Source of the DNA: Candidatus Enterousia sp.
GTDB lineage: Bacteria; Pseudomonadota; Alphaproteobacteria; Rs-D84
Direction of reading: 5' to 3'
NCBI GenBank assembly: GCA_045613785.1
Contig: JAZLBQ010000001.1
Span: 2,571-66,570, forward strand
Length of the DNA stretch: 64,000 bases
This document shows positions 45,447 through 55,473 of the stretch, piece after piece; position 1 is the first letter of the stretch, and the number at the start of each line of letters is the position of its first letter. The position numbers were made by a program, and so were the translations under genes. The notes under the pieces are model-generated. The model was given only the letters and a program-made list of their open reading frames with translations, was not told where the DNA came from and did not search any database.

Positions 45447-47171
45447 ATGAAAAAAATTCTGTCTATTTTTATTGGATTGGTTTTGCCGCTGAATTTGTTG
45501 GCGGCGGATTTGCCACAGATTTTGTCTGATGTGGATGCTAGTCTTTATGAACAAATCTTTATGTTGCAGGATAAGGAAAAGATAAACACAGCAATAAATG
45601 TGCAAAACCAAGTCGCAGATAAGTTGTTGATGAACGAAGTTCTATATCAACGCTATATTTCTGATTCTTATCGCACAAAGGGACGTGAAATTGTTGAGTG
45701 GATGGAACGCTATTACGATATGCCAGGAGCAACTCGTATGGAAAAGTTGGCCAAAATAAAGCAGGCAACCGTTCGCAAGGCAAAAGTGCCAAGTATTATG
45801 ACAGGCTCGGAATCAATCGAAACGGCACAATCTGAAACCTGGACCGCAAAAAAATATACGGGTGCGACAGAAAAAAAGATAAATGAATTTAAACGGGCGA
45901 TTCGTAGCGGTTCAACTAAGGTGGCACGTGAAATTTTAGAGACTAGGTCGTTCAAAAAGAAACTTACAGAATCTGATTATGGTCGTTTGGCCGGGCGTTT
46001 AGCGTATATTTATTATACTAATGGTGAAATGGAATTGGCAAAAAAGTGGGGGTTCGTTGCGTCAGATGCAAATTCTGAATACGGTTTGTGGGCGATGGGA
46101 CTGCTGTATTTTAAAGAAGAAAAATATGCCGAGGCTCAAAAGTATTTTAGTCGAATCTTGGATTTGCCACAGATAAATAATGCACGAAAAACCGAAGCCG
46201 CTTTTTGGGCAGGACGTGCCGCAGACTTTAACGGGGATAGAAATACCGCAAGAAAATATTGGCAGGTCGCTGCTGCATATCCAATGGCTTTTTATGGTGC
46301 GTTGTCAGCAACTATGTTAGGACAAAAGCCAGAATATGAATTCTTTGAACAGGAAGTGACCGATGAGGATATCGAAGAACTAAGTGCGTTAAAATATGGT
46401 AAAAAAGCCTTGGCCTTGTTGCAGGTCGGACGCAAGGATAGAGCGGAAGAGTATTTGAAGTATTTAATTACTTCTAAGGCTTCAGATAGAACATTGCATG
46501 CAATAAATGCAGTTGCAACGGCGTATAGTATGCCACGTGTGTCAATTCAGGCGGCCTCTGTTATCAAAGATAGGGGAATTTTAGAAATTGATGATGATAT
46601 TATTTATTCTGCCCAATATCCTTTGCCAGATTGGGAACCAATGGGTGGGTGGTCTATTGACCGGGCGTTGTTGCTGGCAATCACAAAACAAGAAAGTAAT
46701 TTTAGAGTTTCTGCAAAGTCTGGGGCAGGAGCTAATGGTTTAATGCAATTGATGCCAAGCACTGCAAAACGTGTCGCACGGGCAAACAAGGTTGATATTA
46801 CCCAGATGGATATGTCTAATCCTGAACATAATATGTTCTTGGGACAGCAGTATATTGTTGATTTGTTGGCTCATCCAAGTGTTGAGAACAGTATTATTAA
46901 AATGTTGGCGGCTTATAATGCAGGAATGGGGACAATGGTCAAGTTTGAAAAATCGTTCTATACCTATGACCCGTTGTTGTATATCGAGAGTTTCCCAGCC
47001 TATGAAACACGCAGTTATATCAAGCGTGTGATGTCAAATCTGTGGCTGTATCGTGCCAGATTAGGGCAACCATTGACTTCTATGGAAGAATTAGCCGATG
47101 GTAATTGGCCGTTGTATAATAGCGAAGATGCTTATGTGCAACAACAAATTGCAGAACGTATGACGATATAA
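45447..47171 (+). CDS. slt: Soluble lytic murein transglycosylase (Slt family).
   Basis: Signal peptide. Superhelical N-terminal domain. SLT catalytic motif ESNFRVSAKSGAGANGLMQLMPSTA...AYNAG. Confidence 0.8.
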   Translation: MKKILSIFIGLVLPLNLLAADLPQILSDVDASLYEQIFMLQDKEKINTAINVQNQVADKLLMNEVLYQRYISDSYRTKGREIVEWMERYYDMPGATRMEKLAKIKQATVRKAKVPSIMTGSESIETAQSETWTAKKYTGATEKKINEFKRAIRSGSTKVAREILETRSFKKKLTESDYGRLAGRLAYIYYTNGEMELAKKWGFVASDANSEYGLWAMGLLYFKEEKYAEAQKYFSRILDLPQINNARKTEAAFWAGRAADFNGDRNTARKYWQVAAAYPMAFYGALSATMLGQKPEYEFFEQEVTDEDIEELSALKYGKKALALLQVGRKDRAEEYLKYLITSKASDRTLHAINAVATAYSMPRVSIQAASVIKDRGILEIDDDIIYSAQYPLPDWEPMGGWSIDRALLLAITKQESNFRVSAKSGAGANGLMQLMPSTAKRVARANKVDITQMDMSNPEHNMFLGQQYIVDLLAHPSVENSIIKMLAAYNAGMGTMVKFEKSFYTYDPLLYIESFPAYETRSYIKRVMSNLWLYRARLGQPLTSMEELADGNWPLYNSEDAYVQQQIAERMTI

Positions 47172-47195
47172 AAAAATGCCCGGTTGGGCATTTTT

Positions 47196-47507
47196 TTATC
47201 GGGTTTTGTAATAATCGCACAGTTTTGCAATTTCGGCGGCTTTTTTTATTGCGATTTTTTCGGCTTCGTCGTGTAGCCAGGCGCCGTCTTTGCATATTAG
47301 GCGTTGACTTGTTTGTTGGATTTTGCCGTTTGGTAGTTCGTATTCTTCGATGCTGTTTCCGTCGATTGTCGGGCAAAATGATTCTTCGATATGAATGTTG
47401 AAATAAAATCTGACGCCAAATTTACAATGTTTTGCACAGCCGTTACAAAAATTATCATAAGAATTGTTATAATGTGTGTTTATTTTTTGTTTCTGTGTAA
47501 ATGACAT
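47196..47507 (-). CDS. Hypothetical small Cys-containing protein (103 aa).
   Basis: Intact ORF starting just after the slt terminator (aaaaaaatgcccggttgggcattttttt at 47170-47200). CNGCAKHC and CPT motifs. Confidence 0.4.
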   Translation of the reverse strand: MSFTQKQKINTHYNNSYDNFCNGCAKHCKFGVRFYFNIHIEESFCPTIDGNSIEEYELPNGKIQQTSQRLICKDGAWLHDEAEKIAIKKAAEIAKLCDYYKTR

Positions 47508-47523
47508 CTTGAAACCTTTGTGT

Positions 47524-47835
47524 TTATCGGGTTTTGTAATTGTTATTAAGTTCGTTTTTTAATTTGCGTAGTCGTTGAATACTTGCAAGGCTGTTTTGGG
47601 CACACTGATGATTCATACCTGCAATATATAAATTGTATGCACCAATCAAGGCATCCAAGGCTGCCCAATGATAGTCGCCTTTGATTGCCAGACCAATTGC
47701 GGTGGCCAAGACAATCGTGCCTGCGCCAAAGCATAGGTGGCCGACGGTGGAATTGCGGCGGACATTTTTTGAGTTTTTATTTATGCAATTGTCAATGTCG
47801 TTGGTTATGGTCTTGATTAGTTTGTCGTTTGTCAT
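47524..47835 (-). CDS. Hypothetical membrane protein.
   Basis: The start was moved to the internal Met (MTNDKLIK) to avoid overlap with the upstream gene. Two predicted TM helices (VGHLCFGAGTIVLATAIGLAI and ALDALIGAYNLYIAGM). Confidence 0.4.
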   Translation of the reverse strand: MTNDKLIKTITNDIDNCINKNSKNVRRNSTVGHLCFGAGTIVLATAIGLAIKGDYHWAALDALIGAYNLYIAGMNHQCAQNSLASIQRLRKLKNELNNNYKTR

Positions 47836-47839
47836 CTTT

Positions 47840-48103
47840 TTATCTTTGTTTGTTGTTTTGGTTGTTTTTATTATTTGTGTGAATCTCATATATTCGCTGG
47901 GCGGAATATGTGAAAAGTAACAGATATAACAGAGTTGATGTCATTGTGTTGTTGTCATAGCCGTGCTGAATCATTTGGGTCGTTTGTGCAATAATGCGAC
48001 CTGTTGCTATGCCGTTGACGGTTAAAAAAAGAATAATCCGAAAATTAAAACCAGGTTTTGGTTCGTTTTCTGTGTTTTTGTTAAGGTTATAATTATTATT
48101 CAT
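47840..48103 (-). CDS. Hypothetical small protein.
   Basis: ORF with a hydrophobic segment (FRIILFLTVNGIATGRIIA). The start is uncertain. Low coding confidence. Confidence 0.3.
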   Translation of the reverse strand: MNNNYNLNKNTENEPKPGFNFRIILFLTVNGIATGRIIAQTTQMIQHGYDNNTMTSTLLYLLLFTYSAQRIYEIHTNNKNNQNNKQR

Positions 48104-48176
48104 AGTGGTTTTATTGTTTTGCAGAAAAGACGATTTGTCAAGCAAAAACAGTTTTGTTTTTACTTTTTATAATGCT

Positions 48177-48815
48177 ATGCTTATTGGTATGAAGAAAGAT
48201 ATTCCTGATTTTAGTATTGAGGCTGAATCTGGCTTTGCGATGGTCGCTGGCGTTGATGAGGCAGGGCGTGGACCATTGTGTGGGCCTGTTGTTGCGGCGG
48301 CGGTTGTTTTCCAAAATCGTGATGCTGAAATACCGGTTGTTATTCGTGATTCAAAACAGATGACTCAAAAACAACGGCAGGCTGCATTTGAATGGATTTG
48401 CCAAAATACTATATGGGCAGTGGGGCAATGTAGTCCGGCTGAAATTGATGAATTGAATATTTTATGGGCATCCATGTTGGCAATGCAACGTGCAGTTCAA
48501 AATTTGCACTGTAATCCACAATATTGTCTGGTGGACGGGAACAGGTTGCCGAACAATTTGGTTGGAAAAGCAGTTGTGAAAGGTGATGCAAAGTCAATTT
48601 CTGTAGCGGCGGCTTCAATTGTTGCCAAGGAAACCAGGGATAAAATTATGGCAGATTTGGCACGCCAATATCCTGAATATGGGTGGGATAAAAATGCAGG
48701 ATATCCTACAAAATCGCATTTGTGTGCAATTGAAAAGTATGGTATAAATCAGCATTATCGAAAAAGTTTTGGACCAATAAAGGAAAGGATAAAAAATGAA
48801 ACTGCGAACGATTGA
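48177..48815 (+). CDS. rnhB: Ribonuclease HII.
   Basis: GVDEAGRGPLCGPVVAAAVV with catalytic DEAGRG. The start was taken as ATG 48177. The ORF-track GTG at 48105 is an unlikely start. Confidence 0.85.
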   Translation: MLIGMKKDIPDFSIEAESGFAMVAGVDEAGRGPLCGPVVAAAVVFQNRDAEIPVVIRDSKQMTQKQRQAAFEWICQNTIWAVGQCSPAEIDELNILWASMLAMQRAVQNLHCNPQYCLVDGNRLPNNLVGKAVVKGDAKSISVAAASIVAKETRDKIMADLARQYPEYGWDKNAGYPTKSHLCAIEKYGINQHYRKSFGPIKERIKNETAND

Positions 48816-49965
48816 AAATATTGATGTCCGGGGTAAATTTGTTTTGTTGCGTGATGACTTTAATGTTCAGATTGTTGATGGGAAAATAACAGATCCGTTC
48901 AGAATCGAGCAAAGTATGCCAACAATAAAGGCGTTGCGTGATGCGGGGGCACGTGTTGCAATTGTTGCACATCGTGGTCGTCCAAAGGGTGAAAGAAATC
49001 CAGAATATTCATTAAAGCCAATCGCAGATTATATGGGAATTAAATTGATTCCTGATTGTCTGGACAAGGATTTTATGAAAGATATGCATGATGGTGATTT
49101 GGTGTTGTTGGAAAATGTTCGTTTTTATGCAGGTGAAGAAAAAAATGACCCTGCATTTGCGGCGGAATTGGCACATGGGTATGATATTTTTATAAATGAT
49201 GCATTTGCTGTTTCGCATCGTGCACATGCCAGCACAGTTGGTGTGGCGGAAATTTTGCCGTCATATGCCGGTAATTTATTGTCGTCCGAGATAGAGCATT
49301 TAAGTGCGGTTATGGAAAATCCGAAACGTCCATTGTTGTCGATTGTTGCAGGCAGCAAGGTTTCAACAAAAATTGGTGTGTTAAAAGCATTGGCAAAATT
49401 GTCAGATACATTGATTATTGGCGGTGCGTTGGGGACAACGTTTAATTATGCAATGGGGGGACGTGTCGGTAATTCGTTGTATGAGGCGGATCAAAAAGAT
49501 ACTGCGTTGGAAATTTTGAAGTATGCCAAGGAAAATAATTGCGAGGTTTTATTGCCGTTGGATAAAGGTGTGGCCAAGGTATTTGAACGTGATGCTGTGC
49601 GGATGAACAAAGATTTTACAGAAATCGAAGAAGATGATGTGATTATTGATGCTGGTGAAAAAACAACCCGGCGTGATGTTGATGCAATTCGAAAAGCTGC
49701 TACAGTTATTTGGAATGGAACTGTTGGTATGGCCGAGTGGATGCCAACATGGTCGTATGGTTCGTTTGCATTGGCAAATGCAATTGCCCAGCAAACAAAA
49801 GCTGGTAAATTGGTAAGTGTTGTTGGTGGGGGAGATACAGTTGCCGCACTGGAAGCGACAGGATTAAAAGACGATATAACATATGTTTCAACAGGCGGTG
49901 GAGCGTTCTTGGAATTTATCGAAGGGCGAATATTACCGGGAATTGCAATTTTGGAAAACAAATAA
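48796..49965 (+). CDS. pgk: Phosphoglycerate kinase.
   Basis: MKLRTIENIDVRGKFVLLRDDFNVQI...AHRGRPKGE...GGGAFLE, a canonical PGK. Confidence 0.9.
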   Translation: MKLRTIENIDVRGKFVLLRDDFNVQIVDGKITDPFRIEQSMPTIKALRDAGARVAIVAHRGRPKGERNPEYSLKPIADYMGIKLIPDCLDKDFMKDMHDGDLVLLENVRFYAGEEKNDPAFAAELAHGYDIFINDAFAVSHRAHASTVGVAEILPSYAGNLLSSEIEHLSAVMENPKRPLLSIVAGSKVSTKIGVLKALAKLSDTLIIGGALGTTFNYAMGGRVGNSLYEADQKDTALEILKYAKENNCEVLLPLDKGVAKVFERDAVRMNKDFTEIEEDDVIIDAGEKTTRRDVDAIRKAATVIWNGTVGMAEWMPTWSYGSFALANAIAQQTKAGKLVSVVGGGDTVAALEATGLKDDITYVSTGGGAFLEFIEGRILPGIAILENK

Positions 49966-49994
49966 AAATCCCCCAGGTGGGGGATTTTTATTTG
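49964..49994. terminator. Family terminator, bidirectional.
   Basis: aaaaatcccccaggtgggggatttttattt. Confidence 0.75.
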
Positions 49995-50839
49995 TTTGTG
50001 GCATTGCATTTTGTGTTTGTGTCGTCCTTTATTATTTCAAAATATCCTGCGTCGTTTACGTATTGTTGGGGAGGTAGGTAGCATTCACTGAGTTGTGTTG
50101 CACCTGTACCCTCTGTTGTGCCGTTATGTGGGCATTGTGTACAGGTATTGTTAGTTTTGTAAAAAGACTTGTTGCATGAGAAATCTTCGCTGCCATCACA
50201 ACTTGCGTTTGCTGGACATCTAGTGCACTGATTATTGTTTATGAAGCGATCTGATCGACATATGCATGCGTTGGTGGTTTCGGTAAAACCGTTGTTGCAA
50301 GTGAATTTTAGACCGTCACATGTTGCGTGCTCTGGACAGTCGTAACATTCGCCATTGTAGATGAATTGATTATCAGAACACGTGAGACCTTCCTTTACAC
50401 AAATGGTTCCGGTTTCATTTTTTTTATAGCCGTCTTTGCAGGCAAAGGTGCTGTTGTTGCCACCATTGCATTCTGCGTTATCGGGGCATTTTGTGCAGCC
50501 TGTTGATGCTGATGTTGCCGAGCCATAATAACCGGGGGCACATTCGTATGTTGTGCTGATTATTTTACATTCGCATGTGTAACGACCTTCTTGATTTGGA
50601 CAGTTTTCATAAAATGATTTTTTCAATCTTTGTCTAACACCGTTATTGACAATACCGAACGTATCCTCTTTGCATAACTTGCATGCATCGTCGGAGCATG
50701 TTTCATCTGGGGTTATAAAGTCACGATCACCACACTCGGGTCTGAGTTCTTTGATGCAGGTTGTTGTTGTGGTGGTGGCGGCGTTGGAATTTTCAATCAG
50801 GCAGATTGATGTAATGAATATAAATATCAGTTTTTTCAT
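49988..50839 (-). CDS. Secreted protein with four tandem eukaryote-like cysteine-rich (furin/EGF-like) repeats.
   Basis: Signal peptide MKKLIFIFITSICLIENSNA, then a TTTTTT run. Repeats CTKCPDNAECNG...FACKDGY, CYDCPEHATCDGLKFTCNNGF, CTRCPANASCDGSEDFSCNKSFY and CTQCPHNGT. About 40 Cys in 283 aa. Confidence 0.65.
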   Translation of the reverse strand: MKKLIFIFITSICLIENSNAATTTTTTCIKELRPECGDRDFITPDETCSDDACKLCKEDTFGIVNNGVRQRLKKSFYENCPNQEGRYTCECKIISTTYECAPGYYGSATSASTGCTKCPDNAECNGGNNSTFACKDGYKKNETGTICVKEGLTCSDNQFIYNGECYDCPEHATCDGLKFTCNNGFTETTNACICRSDRFINNNQCTRCPANASCDGSEDFSCNKSFYKTNNTCTQCPHNGTTEGTGATQLSECYLPPQQYVNDAGYFEIIKDDTNTKCNATNK

Positions 50840-50933
50840 TTTATTTTCAGGGGTTGTTATTTCAAATGTATAGTATCAGATTTTATGGCGGTTTCCTAGA
50901 ATAAAAAAATCCCCAATTTGGGGATTCTTTTAT

Positions 50934-51392
50934 TTAAAACGGAATTTCGTCGCCAATGTCCCCAACAGATATATCTTCACGTGGGGCGGCAGTAGGTGCA
51001 GCGGATGCGACATATTCTGATGTTGTGCCGTCAACACCCTTGGCACCAGACAGGATTACCATTTGACCGGCAAATGGGTTCAAGACAACTTCGGTTGTGA
51101 ATACGTCTGCACCAGACTGATTTTGCCATTTGCGAGTTTTTAATGAACCTTCAAGGTATAATTTTGTGCCTTTTTGCAATAGGCGTTCTGCAACTTCTAC
51201 CAAATTAGGGTTGAAAATTACAACACGATGCCATTCGGTTTGTTCTTTCTGTTCGCCAGTCGCACGATCACGCCAACGATCCGATGTCGCCAGTGAAAAA
51301 CTGACTACTTTCTGACCACTGCCCATGGTGCGAACCTGTGGTTCTTGGCCAATGTTGCCAACCAATATTACTTTATTTATGCTGCCTGCCAT
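50934..51392 (-). CDS. ssb: Single-stranded DNA-binding protein.
   Basis: OB-fold [61 protein letters not shown]-terminal acidic tip DIGDEIPF. Confidence 0.9.
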   Translation of the reverse strand: MAGSINKVILVGNIGQEPQVRTMGSGQKVVSFSLATSDRWRDRATGEQKEQTEWHRVVIFNPNLVEVAERLLQKGTKLYLEGSLKTRKWQNQSGADVFTTEVVLNPFAGQMVILSGAKGVDGTTSEYVASAAPTAAPREDISVGDIGDEIPF

Positions 51393-51466
51393 ATCACTTC
51401 CTTTGTTTTGTTAAATTCTTTAACCGATTTGAGCAATATTTTAGGCAAATTGCAAGTTTTTTTATA

Positions 51467-53332
51467 TTAAAACTGTATTTTCGTTTTGGCGATTGTATAA
51501 ACTTCGTCCGTGCCGTATGGATTGTCTATAAATCCAACCGTCAGGAATTTGTAAGTTGCATTAAATGCAACAGATGGACGGTCAACCAGATTCAGGTTGT
51601 AGTCTTGGTATTCAATGCTACCATCAATACGACGACCCGTCGGGGTGCGTAAATTCATATGCCCACTGATGATTGTGTCAGGAGTTCCAATGCTGAATGT
51701 CCAATCGTTGTGGCGAACGCCGATTTCAAATGATGCAGTATAGATATCTGAAAAGTGGTTGATTATTGATTCTGGTGATGAACTTGGGTTTGTCGTTCCC
51801 AGCGTTGTGCGGTGAAATAATTCATATTCGCCAATGTTGTATTGGTTGTTGAAACCAACATAGGTTATGATGTTTTCTGAATCTGTGGATAAAAAGCCGT
51901 CGCCAGTGAACATGTTTGTCTTGCGAACGCCAAATTCAATGTTGTTTAACTGAATCTGTGGTGTTTCGCTGTTTATCAGGCGTTCAAAACCAATGCTGCG
52001 GTTCTGGACAGAAATGTTGTCGTTTAGACGTGTGTCAAATGCACGACCATAACTGTCAACAAATGAAAATGTTAAATTCTGGGATTTAATTTGATGACCG
52101 ATTGTGCCGCCAATGTGTGCTGTGCGAAGTGGAACAGTAACATCATCTGATAATGGAACAAGGGCGGCGCCGACTGGACGGGTTGCACGTTCCAGGTCTA
52201 GCATGCCATGACCATAAACACTGTCAATGCCAACATCGCCAATATCACGGGCAGTTTCGAATAATAGTGATGTTATCTGGGGAGATGTCATGTATGGAAA
52301 GGCTTCTTGGATAACGGCGATGGCGGCCGATACGATTGGGGCGGCAAAGCTGGTGCCGTCAAGTGGGGCGGCGGCCATTGTTGAATCAAGACCTGTGCCA
52401 GGGGCAGTAATGCAATAGTTCTGGGTAATGCCACAGGCGTTGCTGAATGTTGCTAGTGTTCCTGTTGTGGTGTCAAATGCAACAACGTTCACAAAGTGGC
52501 CGGATAGTTCAGGAATATGCAGGGGCAGGGCAGATAATGCACTGGATTCGGAATTGTATTCGTTGCCTGCTGCCCAAACAAATATCGCATCGTTTTGTTC
52601 GACAGCATTCTTTAATGAATTGATAAAGTTTGCGTCTGTGTTGCGAATCATCTGTTGGGTGTTGCGGATGTCTGTGGCAGACATATTCTGGGCTGCCCAG
52701 CTGAAATTATAAATGTTTGCACCGTCATTTGTTGCGTTGTTGATGACCTCTCCGATTTCATAGAAAGATTTAAATTCGTTCTGACTGTATGAAACCTGAT
52801 ATGATTTGACTGTTGCGTCAGGGGCAACCTGGGCACCGGCAAGATAGGCAACGTTGCCACCGTGATATGAGTTTTTACCGCCGTCCAAGACTGCAATAGT
52901 TGAATTTTTGCCGGTATAGCCACGTGCTAGTGAATATGCCAGGCGGATTTCATTGTATTGATTTTGATTGCGGCTGTATTCGCCAGCGTTTGTAATTGAT
53001 GCCAGGCTGAGCTGATCAATGTCGCCACCAACCATAGTATATGATGGCAGTGTTGGAATTGTGTGTGGAGTATTGGTTGTTGTGCTGTTAGAATCATTAT
53101 TACTTGATGAAGACAAGCCAACCAAGGCTGCAATGCCACCAATGACAGCGGCTGTGCCACCGACAGCTGTGGCGGTGGTGGCAAATGAAAAACCACTGTT
53201 TTCAGTGTAGTTTGCACACTTGTCAGGATTATAGCGACGGAACATTTCGTTGTCGCAATTGCTTGCAAAAGCAGGGACACAGGTAAGTGTGCCAAACGTA
53301 ATGAACGCCAAAAATGTCTTGTATGCAGCCAT
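51467..53332 (-). CDS. Subtilase (peptidase S8) autotransporter with an intact catalytic triad.
   Basis: Signal peptide MAAYKTFLAFITFGTLTCVPAFA. Asp in IAVLDGG. His in SYHGGNVAYLAG. Oxyanion Asn in VWAAGNE. Ser in LDGTSFAAPIVSAA. The C-terminal beta domain ends ...KTKIQF. Confidence 0.8.
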   Translation of the reverse strand: MAAYKTFLAFITFGTLTCVPAFASNCDNEMFRRYNPDKCANYTENSGFSFATTATAVGGTAAVIGGIAALVGLSSSSNNDSNSTTTNTPHTIPTLPSYTMVGGDIDQLSLASITNAGEYSRNQNQYNEIRLAYSLARGYTGKNSTIAVLDGGKNSYHGGNVAYLAGAQVAPDATVKSYQVSYSQNEFKSFYEIGEVINNATNDGANIYNFSWAAQNMSATDIRNTQQMIRNTDANFINSLKNAVEQNDAIFVWAAGNEYNSESSALSALPLHIPELSGHFVNVVAFDTTTGTLATFSNACGITQNYCITAPGTGLDSTMAAAPLDGTSFAAPIVSAAIAVIQEAFPYMTSPQITSLLFETARDIGDVGIDSVYGHGMLDLERATRPVGAALVPLSDDVTVPLRTAHIGGTIGHQIKSQNLTFSFVDSYGRAFDTRLNDNISVQNRSIGFERLINSETPQIQLNNIEFGVRKTNMFTGDGFLSTDSENIITYVGFNNQYNIGEYELFHRTTLGTTNPSSSPESIINHFSDIYTASFEIGVRHNDWTFSIGTPDTIISGHMNLRTPTGRRIDGSIEYQDYNLNLVDRPSVAFNATYKFLTVGFIDNPYGTDEVYTIAKTKIQF

Positions 53333-53456
53333 TTTTTCACCTTTGGTTGCGTGCGAGCAACCTCACACTACTTATATAGGACAAAGTGCTTGGTTTGTCA
53401 ATGTTTAATAGGCTTTTTTGCCCAGGGAAAAATTGTGCTCTTTTTTATAATTTTAC

Positions 53457-53485
53457 TTGATTTTTTCTGGTGGATTGGGTATTAT
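53457..53485 (+). promoter_or_regulatory. Sigma-70-like promoter of the rpsB-tsf operon.
   Basis: TTGATT (53457-53462), a 17-nt spacer, TATTAT (53480-53485). A short hairpin cgcactttgtgcg sits in the leader. Confidence 0.5.
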
Positions 53486-53598
53486 CTGGCCACGCACTTT
53501 GTGCGAAGAACACAGCCGTTCTGTAAAAATTGTGTCCAAATCTCTGATTTGGGTGGTCGCAGGCGGTGAGGATAACAACACAAAAAAAGGTAAAAAAT

Positions 53599-54450
53599 AT
53601 GGCATTGCCAACATTTACAATGAAACAGTTGATGGAAGCTGGTGTTCACTTTGGTCACCACACTCGTCGCTGGAATCCATTGATGACACCATATGTTTAT
53701 GGCGTAAAAGATAAAATTCACATTATCAACTTGAATAAAACTGCACCATTATTACACCGTTCTTTGGTCGCATTGGAAGCAATCGCAGCCGCAGGTGGTA
53801 AGGTTCTGTTCGTTGCTACAAAGCATCAGGCAAAAGATATTGTCAAAGATGCAGCAGAACGTTGTGGGCAGTATTATGTCAATAATCGCTGGTTGGGTGG
53901 TATGTTGACAAACTGGACAACAGTTTCACAGTCTATCCGCCGTTTGAAGAAAATGGAAGCCGATATCGAAAACGCTGAAAAATTGGGATTGACCAAGAAA
54001 GAAGTCGGCGTTATGACCAAGGAAGTCGCAAAATTGCGTGATATCTTTGGCGGTATTATGGATATGCACGGTGTTCCACAGGCGATGGTCGTTATCGACG
54101 TGCCTCGTGAAACGAACGCTGTTCGTGAAGCGAAAAATTTGGATATCCCAACAATCGCAATTTGCGATACAAACGCAAATCCAGAAATGGTTGACTATCC
54201 AGTGCCAGGTAATGATGACGCAGCTCGTGCAACACAGTTGTATTGCGACTTGTTCGTAGATGCGATTTTGTCTGGTATCGAAAAACGCTTGGGCGGTGTT
54301 GCCGGTAAAAAGGTTGAATCTGATATGCGTGCAGAAGCCGCTGATGATTTAGAAGATGAAATCAAGGAAAAAGAAGCCAAGATTAAATCAAAAACATCAG
54401 AAGCACGTGCAGAACGCCGTGGCAAAATGGCCGAAAAAGCAGATAAATAA
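53599..54450 (+). CDS. rpsB: 30S ribosomal protein S2.
   Basis: The start was moved to ATG 53599 (MALPTFTMKQLMEAGVHFGHHTRRWNP). The C-terminal acidic tail is typical of alphaproteobacterial S2. Confidence 0.9.
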   Translation: MALPTFTMKQLMEAGVHFGHHTRRWNPLMTPYVYGVKDKIHIINLNKTAPLLHRSLVALEAIAAAGGKVLFVATKHQAKDIVKDAAERCGQYYVNNRWLGGMLTNWTTVSQSIRRLKKMEADIENAEKLGLTKKEVGVMTKEVAKLRDIFGGIMDMHGVPQAMVVIDVPRETNAVREAKNLDIPTIAICDTNANPEMVDYPVPGNDDAARATQLYCDLFVDAILSGIEKRLGGVAGKKVESDMRAEAADDLEDEIKEKEAKIKSKTSEARAERRGKMAEKADK

Positions 54451-54525
54451 TTTATCTGGACTTAAATTGGTGGGGTCACGTTATGACCCCACAGACTTGA
54501 AATTTTTAATACGGGAGATTTTATT

Positions 54526-55395
54526 ATGGCAGAAATTACAGCAAAATTGATTCAGGAACTGCGTGAAAAAACATCTGCAGGGATGATGGATTGTAAAAAA
54601 GCCTTGATGGAAAATGATGGCGATATTCAGGCTGCCGCAGATTGGTTGCGTCAAAAGGGTATTGTAAAGGCCGCTTCAAAAGCTGGTCGTGTCGCAGCAT
54701 CTGGCTTGGTAACTGTGGTTAAATGTGATGATATGGGCTGTGTCGTCGAATTGAATGCAGAAACAGACTTTGTTGCGAAAAACGAAAAGTTCCAGAAGTT
54801 GGTTGCAGATGTTGCAAGCAAAGCAATGGAATTAAAAGGTGATTTCGATGCAACAATGGAAGCTGTAAAAGATGATATCGCAGCAACAATTTCAACAATT
54901 GGTGAAAATATGAACTTGCGTCGTATCGCAAAAGTTCAAGGTGATAAAATCTTTACTTATATTCACAACGCTTTGGTTCCAGGTATGGGACAAATTGGTG
55001 TTGCAGTTGCAATCAATGGAACAGATGCAAAAATCGATGAAATTGGTTCAAAAATCGCAATGCATATCGCTGCAAACAAGCCAGAATTTATGACCGTTGC
55101 AGACGTTGATCCAGTTGCAGTTGAACGTGAAAAGAAAGTTTTCATCGAATCTGGTGCAACAGCAGGTAAACCTGAAAATATCGTCGAAAAGATGGTCGAA
55201 GGTCGTATTAAAAAATACTATGGCGAATCTGTTCTGGAAGAACAGCCTTTCGTTATGGACCCAAGCAAGACAGTAAAAGATGTTATTGCAGAAGCTGGCG
55301 GTAAATTGGCAGGTTTTGCATACTTTGTTTTGGGCGAAGGTATCGAAAAACGTGAAGACAACTTGGCAGATGAAGTTGCTAAAATGTTGGGCTAA
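54526..55395 (+). CDS. tsf: Elongation factor Ts.
   Basis: MAEITAKLIQELREKTSAGMMDCKKALMENDGDIQAAADWLRQKG, the canonical EF-Ts N-terminus. Confidence 0.9.
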   Translation: MAEITAKLIQELREKTSAGMMDCKKALMENDGDIQAAADWLRQKGIVKAASKAGRVAASGLVTVVKCDDMGCVVELNAETDFVAKNEKFQKLVADVASKAMELKGDFDATMEAVKDDIAATISTIGENMNLRRIAKVQGDKIFTYIHNALVPGMGQIGVAVAINGTDAKIDEIGSKIAMHIAANKPEFMTVADVDPVAVEREKKVFIESGATAGKPENIVEKMVEGRIKKYYGESVLEEQPFVMDPSKTVKDVIAEAGGKLAGFAYFVLGEGIEKREDNLADEVAKMLG

Positions 55396-55409
55396 ATCGT
55401 TGAAGGTAT

Positions 55410-55441
55410 AAAAAATATCCCCCGTTTGGGGGATTTTTTAT
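55410..55441. terminator. Family terminator, bidirectional (tsf +, grpE -).
   Basis: aaaaaatatcccccgtttgggggatttttta. Confidence 0.75.
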
Positions 55442-55473
55442 TGCTGTTTATCTTTTTTTATTTTTCTTATTTT

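Noticed and set aside
52927-53340. 137-aa minus-strand ORF overlapping the 5' end of the subtilase autotransporter.
   Set aside because: It is an alternative frame of the gene 51467-53332, whose product has signal peptide and S8 motifs. I keep only the autotransporter.
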